NCBI GenBank assembly: GCA_964016885.1
Contig: OZ024742.1
Span: forward strand, 205,902,001 to 205,966,000
DNA from: Eledone cirrhosa
Taxonomy: Eukaryota
Direction: 5' to 3'
DNA length: 64,000 nt
Position numbers and translations under genes: made by a program. The notes beneath the pieces are model-generated. The model saw only the letters and a program-made list of their open reading frames with translations, made no database searches and had not been told where the DNA came from. This document shows, piece after piece, positions 37,863 to 51,104 of this stretch. Positions within the stretch are counted from its first letter, which is position 1, and each line of letters begins with the position of its first letter.

Positions 37863-39209
37863 ATGTGTAACAATATCAATATCATTTTAGATATATTTTC
37901 CCATGATGACTATGATTTATTACTGCATGATATCTCACAATTTTGAAAAACTTTCCATTTAGACTTCATAATAACAATTTCCTTCTCGCTTCATCCATCA
38001 CTCACCTATACTATATACTTCATATCTATCATTCTAGTCCACTACTGCAAGGTTACTGCTTTACTGACTTTCTTTATTTTGATAATGCCATGTAGTAGCT
38101 GGTACTCACAAAAGTGTCCTTCAATTGATACACAACCCTTTTGAACCATATTTCTTATAAAAAATATTGTATATGATTTCCAAATAATTTTGAAAATAAA
38201 ATTTGAAGGTATTCAGTAATACAACTAACATTCTCATTATTTAGCTGGTGTTTGGAACATAACAGAATTTTTACAAAGAATTGTCATGAAAAGTATTTAC
38301 ATAGCTATAAACACTTTAAAACACAGTCTAATATTGTAGAACCAGGGTGGTTCCAAGCAGTTTGGTATCAATAGGGTTAACCCATGCTTATTACTTTCAA
38401 CACTTAATTAGATTATTTTGGAAGTAAAGACATATATTCCTAGATTATTTTGGAAGTAAAGACATATATTCATAGATATTTGTCTGACCGTTTTCCTGTT
38501 CAGAATGAAGGTGACTCTTTTTGATTTGAGGAAATATCTATACCATTTATGTGTAGTGCTGGATTTTCACCTGCTGAAGCCCTAAGCTATATGAAATTTC
38601 TCTAAAAAATTTTCATAATTATACATGACAATTATGTATTAATGATTACAAAATGAAATTATATTAATGGTAATGATAAAGAATAAATAATATATATTAA
38701 GTTAAGGTCTGAAACACTTGGTTGAGGGGAGGGGCCTTCTTATCTGAAGACTTTTTACTGTCCAGCACTCCTGAACATTTCTTACTTCTATAATTTTTGA
38801 TGATTAAAGAATTAATGATAAAATAAAACTATATTTTAAAAATTTAGGCTCCCTAGGGTGTGTAGCTCTAAGCCATAACTTATTTAGCTTATAGGTATGT
38901 CTAGCTCTGTTCATGTGTGTATTGATGTTCTCAGTAGTAAAGCATTTAGAGTGCTCAAGATACTATCTTTAATGAAATGCTGTCTGGTTTTTAACACAAT
39001 CAATGGAATCTATGATTTTTTAAGAACAAAAAATGTTGAAGTAGGCAATTCTTCAAACAAAATATTTATACATATATTTCTACCAAAATAGTTTGTAGAG
39101 TGCTTGGATAAACTAAATATATGTGATATATTATGAACAATTCTTTGCATTGTCATTATTTATTATTTCAGTTCTATGCACAACTAGCTTTTGTATGAAA
39201 TGTCTGAAT

Positions 39210-39400
39210 AATGAATATGCATGTGTATGTAAGTGTGAAATAGTGTATATGTACATGTGTATGTGGGTGTGAAATAATGTATATGTTAGTGTGAAATAAT
39301 GTATTTGTGCATGTATATGTGAGTATAACACAATAGATGTGTGCATGTGGGTGTGAAATAATGTATATGTGCATGTGTATATGAGTGTGAAATAATATTA
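39210..39400. repeat. Short degenerate tandem repeat (gtgtgaaataatgtatatgtgcat units)
   Basis: About six imperfect units. Confidence 0.7.
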
Positions 39401-40545
39401 TTAAAAAATAAATAAAAGAATTAAAAGAAAGAAAGAAACATTTTCAGTTGGAATCTATAACTATAAATGACCTAGATTTTTGTAATTTTACTTCAGGTGC
39501 TAAATATAGAAATTATGAGATTACTAAGTAGTTAAAACAAAATTGCAATCTAAGGCTATTATCAGCAGCATCTTCTTGCTGAGTATCAAATAGACAATGC
39601 CAAGAAAAATAGAAAAACAAATAAATAAATAAAATTCTGAATAGCAAGTAAAAATAATTGTCTTTTATTGAAGGGCCTCTCTTGGTGCAAGAATAATTTC
39701 TAGGCTTGGAATGTATTCAATGACTGGATCAGTTTATACAGCAGCTGACAGAATGGCTCACAAGAGCAATAGATACTATAAAATTTTACACATAAAAATC
39801 AGCCAGTCACTTGTTTTCATTGTCTTATTGTACAGTACATATTTGTGTGTATGTGTGTCTGTGTACTGACCTCCTCTCATAGCAGTTGTTAGATAACTGC
39901 AGTGCAATCACTTCCTTCTATTTTTCACTCTTCTTTATAGAGTCAAGTTAAACATGTTCAAATTGAATCAGAAGGAAATAAAGGAAGGAATTACATAGAT
40001 TTACTCTTACTTACATAATTATTATTCCTGTAACAACATTTCAATCTAATGGGAACATTTTCTAAGGAAGTAAGTCAACACCTGATAGATAGCAACACTG
40101 TAATAGAGGGTAATGGTGCCATCTTAGAGAATCTACCTGTCAGCAATATCTGTGAAAGTATATTCCAATGAACTAGTTAGTAATATATTAGTATTTGTAC
40201 TCCTACTATACTGTTCAAAATTATGTTTCTTGATTTAAAAAGAATTAACAAGAAACTGGAGATGTGATAGAAAAACAAGGGAAAAGAAATGTGAGGGTAG
40301 TGGTTTGAGAAAATGGCATTATGGGTTAAAAGGATTTATAAGGAAGTGAAGATGTTATAATTCTTAGTGTATTGTTTGTATTTTTGATAAATGCTATATC
40401 TTTCTTAATATGTATCATCTGGAAGTTGGAGATCCATACTTACACTCTGCTTGACATATTGGCTCACTTCTGTGAAAGAGAAAGTATAGCAGACACAAGA
40501 GAGAACTGATGCTATAGATTGAATAAAGTGGCACACTAGGTAGAT

Positions 40546-41865
<1,320 letters not shown>

Positions 41866-42554
41866 TTATATAAGCAACTTGTGCAATAGGTTAGCAGAAG
41901 GAGATTTATAATTAAAATTCCAACTGGGCAAATTTAAGGTATATATGTATAACCCTTTGAATATAATAAAACTTATTTTAAGTTTGTGTATATAGCAAAT
42001 ACATCACTTCATAATGAGGATTATAATGATGTCTAATTTTAAGGAGGTGGGGGAATAAAACTTGAACATACCACTTGTTTTGTACTTTATTTAATCAACC
42101 CTGGTAGGGTTTGAAATTTGAATGTGAAAGGATGCACTGTATATCCTTATGTATAACACAATCTGAATATAAGCTGATTCATCCCTACTTTATGTTTGTA
42201 AAATAGGCAAAAAATCCAACTCTGTTTATAAGCTCAGGCATCTAATCAACACATTACGTTTAGATGGTTCAGTTTTGTAAGTTCCTACAAGTGGAAAATA
42301 GTTTTATGAAGTTTTAATATTTTCATATTTAAAATGGTTTTAAGTGTCCTTTAAAGTATAGGTTTTGTTTCACAACTTCATTACATAATGATTTTTTACC
42401 ATTTCATCTGTTTTCTAAAGTTTCAACAAGTTTCTCAAACTTTTGTTTACTTTCTTTTAGCAGACAACTATAGCAGCATCTTCTGAATGTAATAGGTTTT
42501 TATTCAACATGCAAATAAAATGTAACATGTGTATGTATACAATATATATATATA

Positions 42555-42815
42555 TCATCATCATCATCTTCATCATCGTTTAACGTCCAACTTCTACGCT
42601 AGCATGGGTTAGACGGTTTTATTCTATTTGATGCGGGATTGGTCGGGAGACTGTGTCTCAATCATATGGAAGTGTCTCTGGCAGGTTTTCTACGGCTGGA
42701 TGGCCTTCCTAACACCAACCACCTTTACAATGTGGACTGGGAGCCTTTTTACCGTGTCTCCTACATGACCATTTTACAGTGTGTACTGGGTGCTTTTTGT
42801 TGTGTCACCGACACA
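42555..42815 (-). mobile_element. RTE-tailed SINE copy
   Basis: catcatcgtttaacgtcc...catgggttagacgg...ccttcctaacaccaacc. Confidence 0.7.
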
Positions 42816-42899
42816 GTGGACGGGAATGAGAGGATGGAGAAGGGTGTGTGGGGTGGGGTGTATATTGAGTTAAGAGGTGCCTGTATATTGGGTTAAGAG

Positions 42900-43520
42900 G
42901 TGACTGTAGGTTTGTATCTGTACAACTGCATGGCGCCAAAGATCTCGATCCAGTGTCATTGTCTTAGAGAGGTGTGGGTGAGCAAGGTCGGTTTTTATCA
43001 GCTCATCCCAGGTTTTTCTTGGTCTACCCACTCCGTAGCTTCCATCAATTTTCATTGCTCTGAACTTTTTTATACAGCTGTCGTCCTTCATATGCATCAC
43101 ATGTCCATATAAACGCAATCTCCTCTCCAGAACACAACATTTGATACCTCTTATGCTCAGTCTCTCTCTTAATTTGTTTATGCTTTGCCAATCCTGCACA
43201 TTACTATTACACATCCATCGGAGCATGCACGCTTCATTTCTTTCTAATCTACGCAAGTCTTCAGCACACAATGCCCAAGTCCCACGAACACGTAATATTG
43301 CCGTTCGTATACAAGCATCATACAATCTGTCTTTCATTTTTAGAGAAAAACCCCTTGTGGCCAACGGCGGTATGAGCTCTCTGAACTTTTTCCATCCCGT
43401 TATAACTCTGGCTACTACACTTTCAGAGCACCCTCCTCCACTGATGATTTTGTCACTCAGGTAACGGAAAGTGTCTACTACTTCTATAGAACCACCTGGG
43501 CAGTTGAAGGAGATAGCATC
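42900..43520 (-). mobile_element. RTE ORF 3' fragment
   Basis: IEVVDTFRYL...GWKKFREL...RLYDACIRTA...GRPRKTWDE. Confidence 0.88.
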
Positions 43521-43626
43521 TAAATATATAATTCGTTTTTGAATTTGTTTGGCGAGATTTCTTATCTGAAAATGTGTGTTGAAACAGATATTGTTATACT
43601 TTGGCAACATGACCCTCCCAAAGTAT

Positions 43627-43674
<48 letters not shown>

Positions 43675-43680
<6 letters not shown>

Positions 43681-43933
43681 TCCTTGAGCAAGGCACTTTA
43701 TTTCACATTGCTCCAGTTTACTCAGCTGTAGAAATGAGATGATAGGGACTGGGGTCCCTATCATTCCACTGCAAAGGGGTCGTGTAGGTGCCACGGCAAA
43801 AAAAGCACCCAGCACTCACTGTAAATGAGGTTGGTGTTAGGAAGTGCATCCAGCTGTAGAAATCAAGCCAGAATCAGTTCCTGTCCCACCCTTGCAAGCA
43901 GGGAAAAAGTGGACGTAAAATGAAATGATGATG

Positions 43934-43992
<59 letters not shown>

Positions 43993-44155
43993 TATATACT
44001 GTAAATGTGGTTGGTGTTAGGAAGGGCATCCAGCTGTAGAAAACCCGCCAGACAGTCCTATGCGAGCAAGACAATCACTCTTGCCTCAAGTGGGAAAACT
44101 CCCGTCCAAACCCATGCAAGCGTAGAACACGGACGTTAAACGATGATGATGATGA

Positions 44156-44158
<3 letters not shown>
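43675..44158 (+). mobile_element. Two RTE-tailed SINE fragments separated by (TA)n
   Basis: CORE-like ccttgagcaaggcacttt start, RTE 3' UTR block and ggacgt(t)aaa..(GAT)n tails. Confidence 0.75.
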
Positions 44159-44189
<31 letters not shown>

Positions 44190-44216
44190 GCATGTGTGTG
44201 TATGTGTGTGCGTGTG

Positions 44217-44500
44217 AAGGTGCATGTCTTTCTGGTTAGGGTATTTGGCTCATAATCATAAGGTTGTAAGTTCCTAGCAGTACAGTGTGTCCTTGAGCAA
44301 GACAGTTTATTTCACGTTGCTCCAGTCTATTCCGTTGGCAAAAATGAGCTGTACCTGTAATTCAAAGGGCTAGCCTTGTCACATCCAGTTCCATGTTGAA
44401 TCTCCCTGAGAACTACGTTAAGGGTATGCATGTCTGTGGAATGCTCAACCACTTGCACGTTAACTTCATGGGGAGGCTGTTCCATTGATCAGATCAATGT
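44217..44500 (+). mobile_element. tRNA-headed CORE-like SINE
   Basis: Same family as 24823 (gtgtccttgagcaagacagtttatttcacgttgctcc). Confidence 0.65.
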
Positions 44501-44699
44501 TTCAGTATATTTATAAAAGTATGTATGTAAGTTTTACTATCTATCATAAAAGTGTTTCAGTGGGCAAGATAGATATATATGTGTATGTGTGCCTAACTAC
44601 AGTGTACTGCCCTCATCTCAATTTGTTTCCTCAATTTTCCCTGCTGTATTAGCGATAAATTTTCGAGGGTTTCTCTTAGTAGTTTTTTTCATGACGTTA

Positions 44700-47600
44700 T
44701 TATTGTTAATTTTACTGATGTAGTATTAACTTGGATATTTACCATGCGACCCTCAGTTCCTACCTCACAATTTCCCTCCCCCCCACCCCCACACACCACC
44801 ATAGTCTATTCGACCAATCAAACCTAGCATGCCATTTCCACTGCTGCTGCTGCTACTACCTGCCTAACTAACTCTCTCCTCCTCTGGCGCATCCCAACAC
44901 ACCCTGCCATTACCCCACCACCACTGTCCTTCTAGCCCTCAATTTTCCCACCGTTATGGATGGATGAGCTGGGAATACACGAGCAACTCTGAATCAATAG
45001 ATGAAATATGAATCTGCGAGCTACCAAGCACCCACGTGAAGCGCCAACCCAGAGACCCTCCCCTACGAGTGTCGACAAATGCCCAAAACTCCGAGTTGGT
45101 ACCATCAATGTAGGCTCAATGAAAGGAAGAGCAGGAGAAATCGTAGAAATGCTAGAGCGAAAGGAAGTTGATGTATGCTGTGTGCAAGAGACTAGATGGA
45201 GAGGAGGGTCTGCTAGAGTCCTTGTAGGAAAAAGCCAGTGCTACAAATTTTTCTGGGTGGGAAATGACGATGGGATGGGTGGTGTAGGTATACTATTAGC
45301 TGACAAGTGGGTAGATAAAGTAATCTCAGTGTACAGGGTAAATGCAAGAATCATTAAACTCAGACTAGTCCTGAATAAGACAATTACCACAATAATATCA
45401 GCTTACGCACCCCAATCGGGGCTGCCAGACGAACTTAAGGATAGGTTTTACGAGTCCCTAATACACACTACTGCTCTAACAGACGACAAGGACTTCCTAA
45501 TCATTGCAGGAGATTTTAACGGACACGTAGGTAAACACTGCGACGGCTTCAATAGAGTACATGGAGGCCATGGAGTTGGCACAAGGAATGAGGAAGGATT
45601 CAGACTTCTAGAATTCTGCGACGCCAATGACATGTCGATATGTAACACAAACTTAAAAAAACCCGACAACCACCTGATCACCTATAGATCAGGGGAGCAC
45701 TCTAGTCAGTTAGATTTTATCCTCATCAGAGGACGTGACAGATGGACGGTCGTAAACACAAAAGCCTTCCCTAGTGAGGAATGTACATCCCAACATAGCT
45801 TAGTTGTCAGCGACCTCACGGTCAGAACTAGACGAGCCCTGAAACAGAGGCCAACCTGGAGAAGAAAGATCTGGAAGCTGAAAGTCCCCTCAACCAGTAA
45901 CAGATTTAAAGATATTTTACTCAACGCCTACGACAGTAAAGAAGAACAGATAGAGACATTTAACGTAGAAGAGAACTGGGAGTTCCTAAAAAATAACTTA
46001 CTAGAGGCGACGGATGAGGTTTGTGGCTGGAGTAAGACCTCAAGCAGGAGGAGAGTGACTTGGTGGTGGAACAATAAGGTAGATGAAGCAGTCAAGGCCA
46101 AGAGACAGGCATGGAAAGAATGGAAGAACGGGGAGAGCAGGGTACATTACATAGAGACCAAGAGGGAAGCTAGGCGACAAGTATACTTAGCTAGGAGGGA
46201 AGCAGAGGATAGAAAATTGAAGCATGTTTTACAACGTGAGGACCAGAAACAGGAGGTATTCAAGATTGCGAGGCAGTGTGTCAGAGATAGTTGTGATGTC
46301 ATTGGAGAGAAGTGTATCCGGAATGATAAAGGTGAGCTTGCCCTCACAAGTGCTGAGAAGAAAGATGCATGGAAGAGTCATTATGATAGATTACTAAATG
46401 AGGAGAATGCATGGGAAGAAGAGACCCTACCCCACGTAGACCCTATAGAGGGACCAGCAGTACAAGTCAGCGGCAGCGTAGTAAGTAAGGCAATCAGAGA
46501 TATGAAGATAGGGAAGGCAACCGGTCCATCGGGTATAGCTGCCGAGATGCTGAAGGCATCTGGGTCTGTAGGTCACACTATAACCACACGTATCGTTAAC
46601 CAGGTAATACTAGAGGGGGCCATACCAAAAGATTGGTGCAGTAGCATCATTGTCAACTGCTACAAAGGTAAAGGCGATGCACTAGATAGAGGAAACTATA
46701 GAGGTATAAAGTTGATGGACCAGGTCATGAAAGTAACAGAAAGAGTTATAGCACAGCTGATTAGGGACCGGGTGAATATAGACGAGATGCAATTTGGGTT
46801 TGTACCAGGGAAAGGCACCACTGATGCGCTCTTCCTTGTGAGGCAATTACAGGAAAAGTACCTAGCTAAAAGTAAGCCACTCTACTTGGCATTTGTCGAC
46901 CTTGAGAAAGCCTTTGACAGAGTTCCACGTGCAGTAATCTGGTGGGCTCTTAGAAAACTAGGAGTAGATGAATGGCTTGTGAAAGCGGTACAAGCCATGT
47001 ATAGAGGAGCAGTCAGCAAAGTTAGGATTGGCAATGAGTATAGCGAGGAATTTAGCGTACAGGTTGGGGTCCACCAGGGCTCTGTTCTTAGCCCTCTCCT
47101 GTTCATCATAGTCCTGCAGGCAATAACGGAGGAGTTTAAGACCGGATGCCCATGGGAACTCCTGTATGCTGATGACCTCGCACTCATAGCTGAATCTATG
47201 GTAGAACTAGAGAATAAATTCCAAACCTGGAAGCAGGGACTAGAGAGAAAGGGCCTCAAAGTCAACATGACAAAGACTAAGGTCCTTATAAGTAGACGAG
47301 AAAACAGAACCCAGATCCCCTCAGGGAAATGGCCTTGCTCAGTATGTAGGAAAGGTGTAGGTAGGAACTCCATTCTTTGCCCCAAATGCAAACAATGGGT
47401 ACACAAGAGATGTAGCGGGATCTCAGGAAGCTTAATTAAGAATGTAGGATTCACATGCAGCAGCTGTGCTGAAACAGCAAGCAAACAGCCACAGGAAACA
47501 AGTACCACCAATCTCTGGGAGGGCCCTGTAGAAACAGTAGACAGCTTCTGCTACCTAGGTGACCGAATTAGCAACGGAGGTGGGTGCTCAGAAAGTACAA

Positions 47601-48428
47601 TAACTAGGGTAAGAACGGGATGGAAGAAGTTTAGGGAACTACTACCACTGCTAGCTGCAAAAGGCTTCTCCCTCAGAATGAAAGGCAGACTGTATGATGC
47701 GTGTATCCGAACAGCGATGTTGCATGGTAGTGAGACCTGGGCGCTGAAGGTGGAAGACTTACGTAGATTAGAGAGAAACGAAGCCTGCATGCTCCGATGG
47801 ATGTGTAACAGTAATATACGTGAACGACAAAGCATAAATGAATTGAGAGAGAGACTGAGCATAAGAGGAATCAAATGCTGTGTGCAGGAGAGGCGGTTAC
47901 GCTGGTATGGACATGTGATGCGTATGAAGGATGACAGCTGCATAAAAAGGTGCAGAGCACTAGAAGTTGATGGAAACCGCGGAGTGGGGAGACCCAAGAT
48001 GACTTGGGATGAGGTGATAAAAGCCGACCTTACCCAACTACACCTCTCAAAGTCAATGACACGCGACCGTGACTTCTGGCGTCACGCAGTAATACAGGGT
48101 ACCCGACCTCCCATGGGTACATGCTGAAGCATATAAACAATATGCCCCCCCCCCCACCGCAAGGTGGTCGTGGAGGTGCCACGGCAAAAAAGCACCCAGC
48201 CCACACTGTAAAGTGGACGTGTAGGCGCCACGAAAAAGCACCCAGCACTCACTGTAAATGAGGTTGGTGTTAGGAAGGGCATCCAGCTGTAGAAATCAAG
48301 CCAGATCAGTTCCTGTATGAGCAAGGCATGGTCAGCCGACCAGACACTGCCCACAACAGGACAACCCGTCTAACCCATGCTAGCGTGGAAGAACGGACGT
48401 AAAACGGTGATGATGATGATGATGATGA
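44700..48428 (+). mobile_element. Apparently full-length RTE-clade LINE with (GAT)n tail; 5' boundary uncertain
   Basis: Single long ORF, ~280-bp 3' UTR ending ggacgtaaaacggt(gat)n. No TSD recognised. Confidence 0.9.
45008..48127 (+). CDS. RTE ORF: APE endonuclease + reverse transcriptase with inserted PHD-like C4HC3 finger (1039 aa, uninterrupted)
   Basis: GTINV, VQETRW, SAYAP, GDFNGH, LDFIL (APE). NYRGIKL, QFGF, FVDLEKAFD, GVHQGSVLSPLLF, LYADD, FCYLG (RT). Confidence 0.96.
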   Translation: MNLRATKHPREAPTQRPSPTSVDKCPKLRVGTINVGSMKGRAGEIVEMLERKEVDVCCVQETRWRGGSARVLVGKSQCYKFFWVGNDDGMGGVGILLADKWVDKVISVYRVNARIIKLRLVLNKTITTIISAYAPQSGLPDELKDRFYESLIHTTALTDDKDFLIIAGDFNGHVGKHCDGFNRVHGGHGVGTRNEEGFRLLEFCDANDMSICNTNLKKPDNHLITYRSGEHSSQLDFILIRGRDRWTVVNTKAFPSEECTSQHSLVVSDLTVRTRRALKQRPTWRRKIWKLKVPSTSNRFKDILLNAYDSKEEQIETFNVEENWEFLKNNLLEATDEVCGWSKTSSRRRVTWWWNNKVDEAVKAKRQAWKEWKNGESRVHYIETKREARRQVYLARREAEDRKLKHVLQREDQKQEVFKIARQCVRDSCDVIGEKCIRNDKGELALTSAEKKDAWKSHYDRLLNEENAWEEETLPHVDPIEGPAVQVSGSVVSKAIRDMKIGKATGPSGIAAEMLKASGSVGHTITTRIVNQVILEGAIPKDWCSSIIVNCYKGKGDALDRGNYRGIKLMDQVMKVTERVIAQLIRDRVNIDEMQFGFVPGKGTTDALFLVRQLQEKYLAKSKPLYLAFVDLEKAFDRVPRAVIWWALRKLGVDEWLVKAVQAMYRGAVSKVRIGNEYSEEFSVQVGVHQGSVLSPLLFIIVLQAITEEFKTGCPWELLYADDLALIAESMVELENKFQTWKQGLERKGLKVNMTKTKVLISRRENRTQIPSGKWPCSVCRKGVGRNSILCPKCKQWVHKRCSGISGSLIKNVGFTCSSCAETASKQPQETSTTNLWEGPVETVDSFCYLGDRISNGGGCSESTITRVRTGWKKFRELLPLLAAKGFSLRMKGRLYDACIRTAMLHGSETWALKVEDLRRLERNEACMLRWMCNSNIRERQSINELRERLSIRGIKCCVQERRLRWYGHVMRMKDDSCIKRCRALEVDGNRGVGRPKMTWDEVIKADLTQLHLSKSMTRDRDFWRHAVIQGTRPPMGTC

Positions 48429-49149
48429 CAACTTCTGTAAAATTGTATATTTTGTAGATATATTTTTTGAATATGTGCATATGACTATGATGATGAAAGC
48501 TTTTAAAATATTGTCATTTTTACTCAAAGAAATTATTGGAAGTATCCAGATATTCTGGTACCTTTTAAAAGTAGATGTTGAAGTTGGTGAAAGTCAGAAA
48601 AATATTGACCTCGTATTGATATCTACCTCCATCTTAACAGTGATTTTTTGTCACATATTTCTTGAATTATACTTGAATACATACAATAACTATATATTGT
48701 GAGGTTTTTCGCCAGGCACTCTACTTATTTGGTGACAAGTCACCTTGATAATGACAACAATGTCAGACTCTTAGAAAGATACCTCCTGACACACACAAAC
48801 ATTATATTATATTGTATAATATTTTATATTTTATTATATTCATTGGGTTTGTTTTATTTTTAGGACTTGTACTATCATTTTTATCAAGACACCTGAAACA
48901 TTGTACATCACAAAAGATAGACAGGTAGACAAATAGGGTTATAAATTATTTACTGGACATATTGTCTTTGTTGATTGTGCCAAGCAAAGATCTCTTGTCT
49001 TCACTATCTCTTCCAATCTGGCTATATTCCCTATAAGCAATTGATCTAGACGAAAAGTATTTTTACAGTCACATGCTTCTTTTATAAATAGTGACAATCT
49101 TTTCTTTTAAGTACAACAGAACCATATAATATAAACTTTAATATATATA

Positions 49150-49350
49150 TAAAGAGTGGTGTGCTTCAACATGTTCATGCTTCGAGATGCTAAAAAGTAG
49201 CTTATAAAATAAAGCAAAGACCTTTAGAGATGGAAAAAGAAGATGCCATTGTAGTGGCTGATGGGAACTTCTTTTTCCATCTCTAAGGGTCTTCACCTTA
49301 TTTCATAAGCTATTTTGTAGCATCTCCATGTATGATCACACCACTCTTTA
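49150..49350. repeat. Imperfect ~200-bp palindrome adjacent to (TA)n
   Basis: taaagagtggtgtg...gagatggaaaaagaag / cttctttttccatctc...cacaccactcttta. Confidence 0.8.
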
Positions 49351-49754
49351 TATTAACTTTATCTTCCCAGCGCTTCGTAAAAGAACGAGAGATTGGTTAC
49401 ATATATTTAATATGTATATTAAATGGGATTAGGCATAGCTGAGTGTTCAGAAAGACTTAGTTTTGCAACCACCTTGTGCCAGGTTCAACCCTACTGCACC
49501 ATACATTCAGTGTCTGTCTGCCCAATAACTCATCTATGGAAGTTTGTTGATCCCCATTGTATATATGTTTTTTTTTATTGAAGAATAGTAACAATGAAGA
49601 ATAGTAACATCAGCAAAAAATAAAGAAAAAAGATAAAGAAAAAACGTACAAAGCGAAACCTACAGTCAGTAGGCACCTCTAACAAAATACCCCCCCCCCT
49701 CCATTCACACCACCCCCTTAAATGTGAAGTTATGTTGGTACCACAACATCCAGT

Positions 49755-50012
49755 CCGAAACAAATGAGGTCGTGTAGGTGTCACGACAAAAACACACACA
49801 GTCCACGCTGTAATGTGGCCGTGTAGGTAACACGGTAAAAACCTCCCAGTCCACACTGTAAACGTGGTCGGTGTTAGGAAGGGCATCCAGCCGTAGAAAA
49901 CCCGCCAGACAGTCCTATACGAGCAGGACAACCAATCTTGCCTCAAGTGGGAAAACTCCCGTCCAAACCCATGCAAGCGTGGAAGATGGACGTTAAACGA
50001 TGATGATAATGA

Positions 50013-50015
<3 letters not shown>
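49755..50015 (+). mobile_element. RTE-tailed SINE copy
   Basis: Matches 43998-44158 and the RTE 3' UTR; (GAT)n tail. Confidence 0.75.
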
Positions 50016-50055
<40 letters not shown>

Positions 50056-50056
<1 letters not shown>

Positions 50057-50443
50057 CGTTTCTGAATTTGTTTAGCAAGATTCTTTATCTGAAAACGTGT
50101 GTTGAAACCGATATTGTTATGCTTTGGGAGGGTCATGTTGCCAATAAGAAACTCACGCACCAGTTGCTTTCACTTCAATTTATTAGAAATTAAATTTAAA
50201 AATTTCCGGTTGGTTGGTTGGTTCCACAACCAGACGATTGTTCATATATTGTCAAAGTTCTTTCGTCACACATTATGTGACCTCTTTAGTGACTGGGGAT
50301 TCTTTTCTTGTGCCTCTCCTTTGTTCTGTCCTACGCCATCTTGTTTTCCTAAATTTATAAATTTAATTTATAATAAATTGAAGTGACACAACTGGTGCGT
50401 GTGTTTCTTATTGGCAACATGACCCTCCCAAAGCATAACAATA
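50056..50443. mobile_element. (TA)n-flanked fold-back element family B (related copies at 43530-43632 and 53560-54131)
   Basis: Shared end ...gtgtgttgaaac.gatattgttat.ctt.g.gagggtcat and its inverted copy atgaccctcccaaag.ataacaat. Confidence 0.7.
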
Positions 50444-50459
50444 TATATATATATATATT

Positions 50460-51027
50460 AGAAAGTGAGGTTTTTTTATAAATGTAATTTGATTGGTTAT
50501 AAATGAAATTATGGCTGTCACGTGAACAAGTTCATTAAATTACGCACCCGTATTTGGGAATTTATTTTGTAGCCTTTTAGAGAATTTTATGACAAACAAA
50601 AGATAATGGTCAAGAGAGATGGGATGGGGAGAGTTGTTCTGGTTCAGTGAATATGGTAGGTTGTTTTTTCATATATGAGTGAAGTCACGTGAATATGCAG
50701 ATCAGCTTTTGCGTCAGTTTGTTTGAATTTCTTTTTACTTTAAAAAAAGTGGCTCACGAAGGCTTTTTTTAAATAAATGTAATTTGATTGGTTATAAATG
50801 AAATTATGACTGTCACGTGAACAAGTTCATTACATTTTGCGCCCGTATTTGGGAATTTATTTTGTAGCCTTTCAGAGAATTTTATGACAAACAGAAGATG
50901 ATGGTCAAGAGAAATGGGATGGGAGAATTGTTCTGGTTCAGTGAATATGGCTGGTTCGCTGAGGTGTCAGAATTCAGACTTTCTATTGAAATAAAGAAAA
51001 TAGAGATATGTATCTTTATTTGTGTGC

Positions 51028-51104
<77 letters not shown>

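Noticed and set aside
40015-40149. Cys-loop receptor or selenoprotein exon (DGTITLY..., KMFPLD, C-TGA)
   Set aside because: The similarities are short, lie in different frames with stops, and no SECIS or supporting exons were seen
46882-47997. Antisense ORFs within the RTE
   Set aside because: Shadow frames of the LINE ORF with no recognisable motifs
50086-50122. Hammerhead in family B (CTGAAAA...GAAAC..ATATTGTT)
   Set aside because: C3/A8 mismatch, no convincing stem II, and the core is not conserved in the 53580 copy
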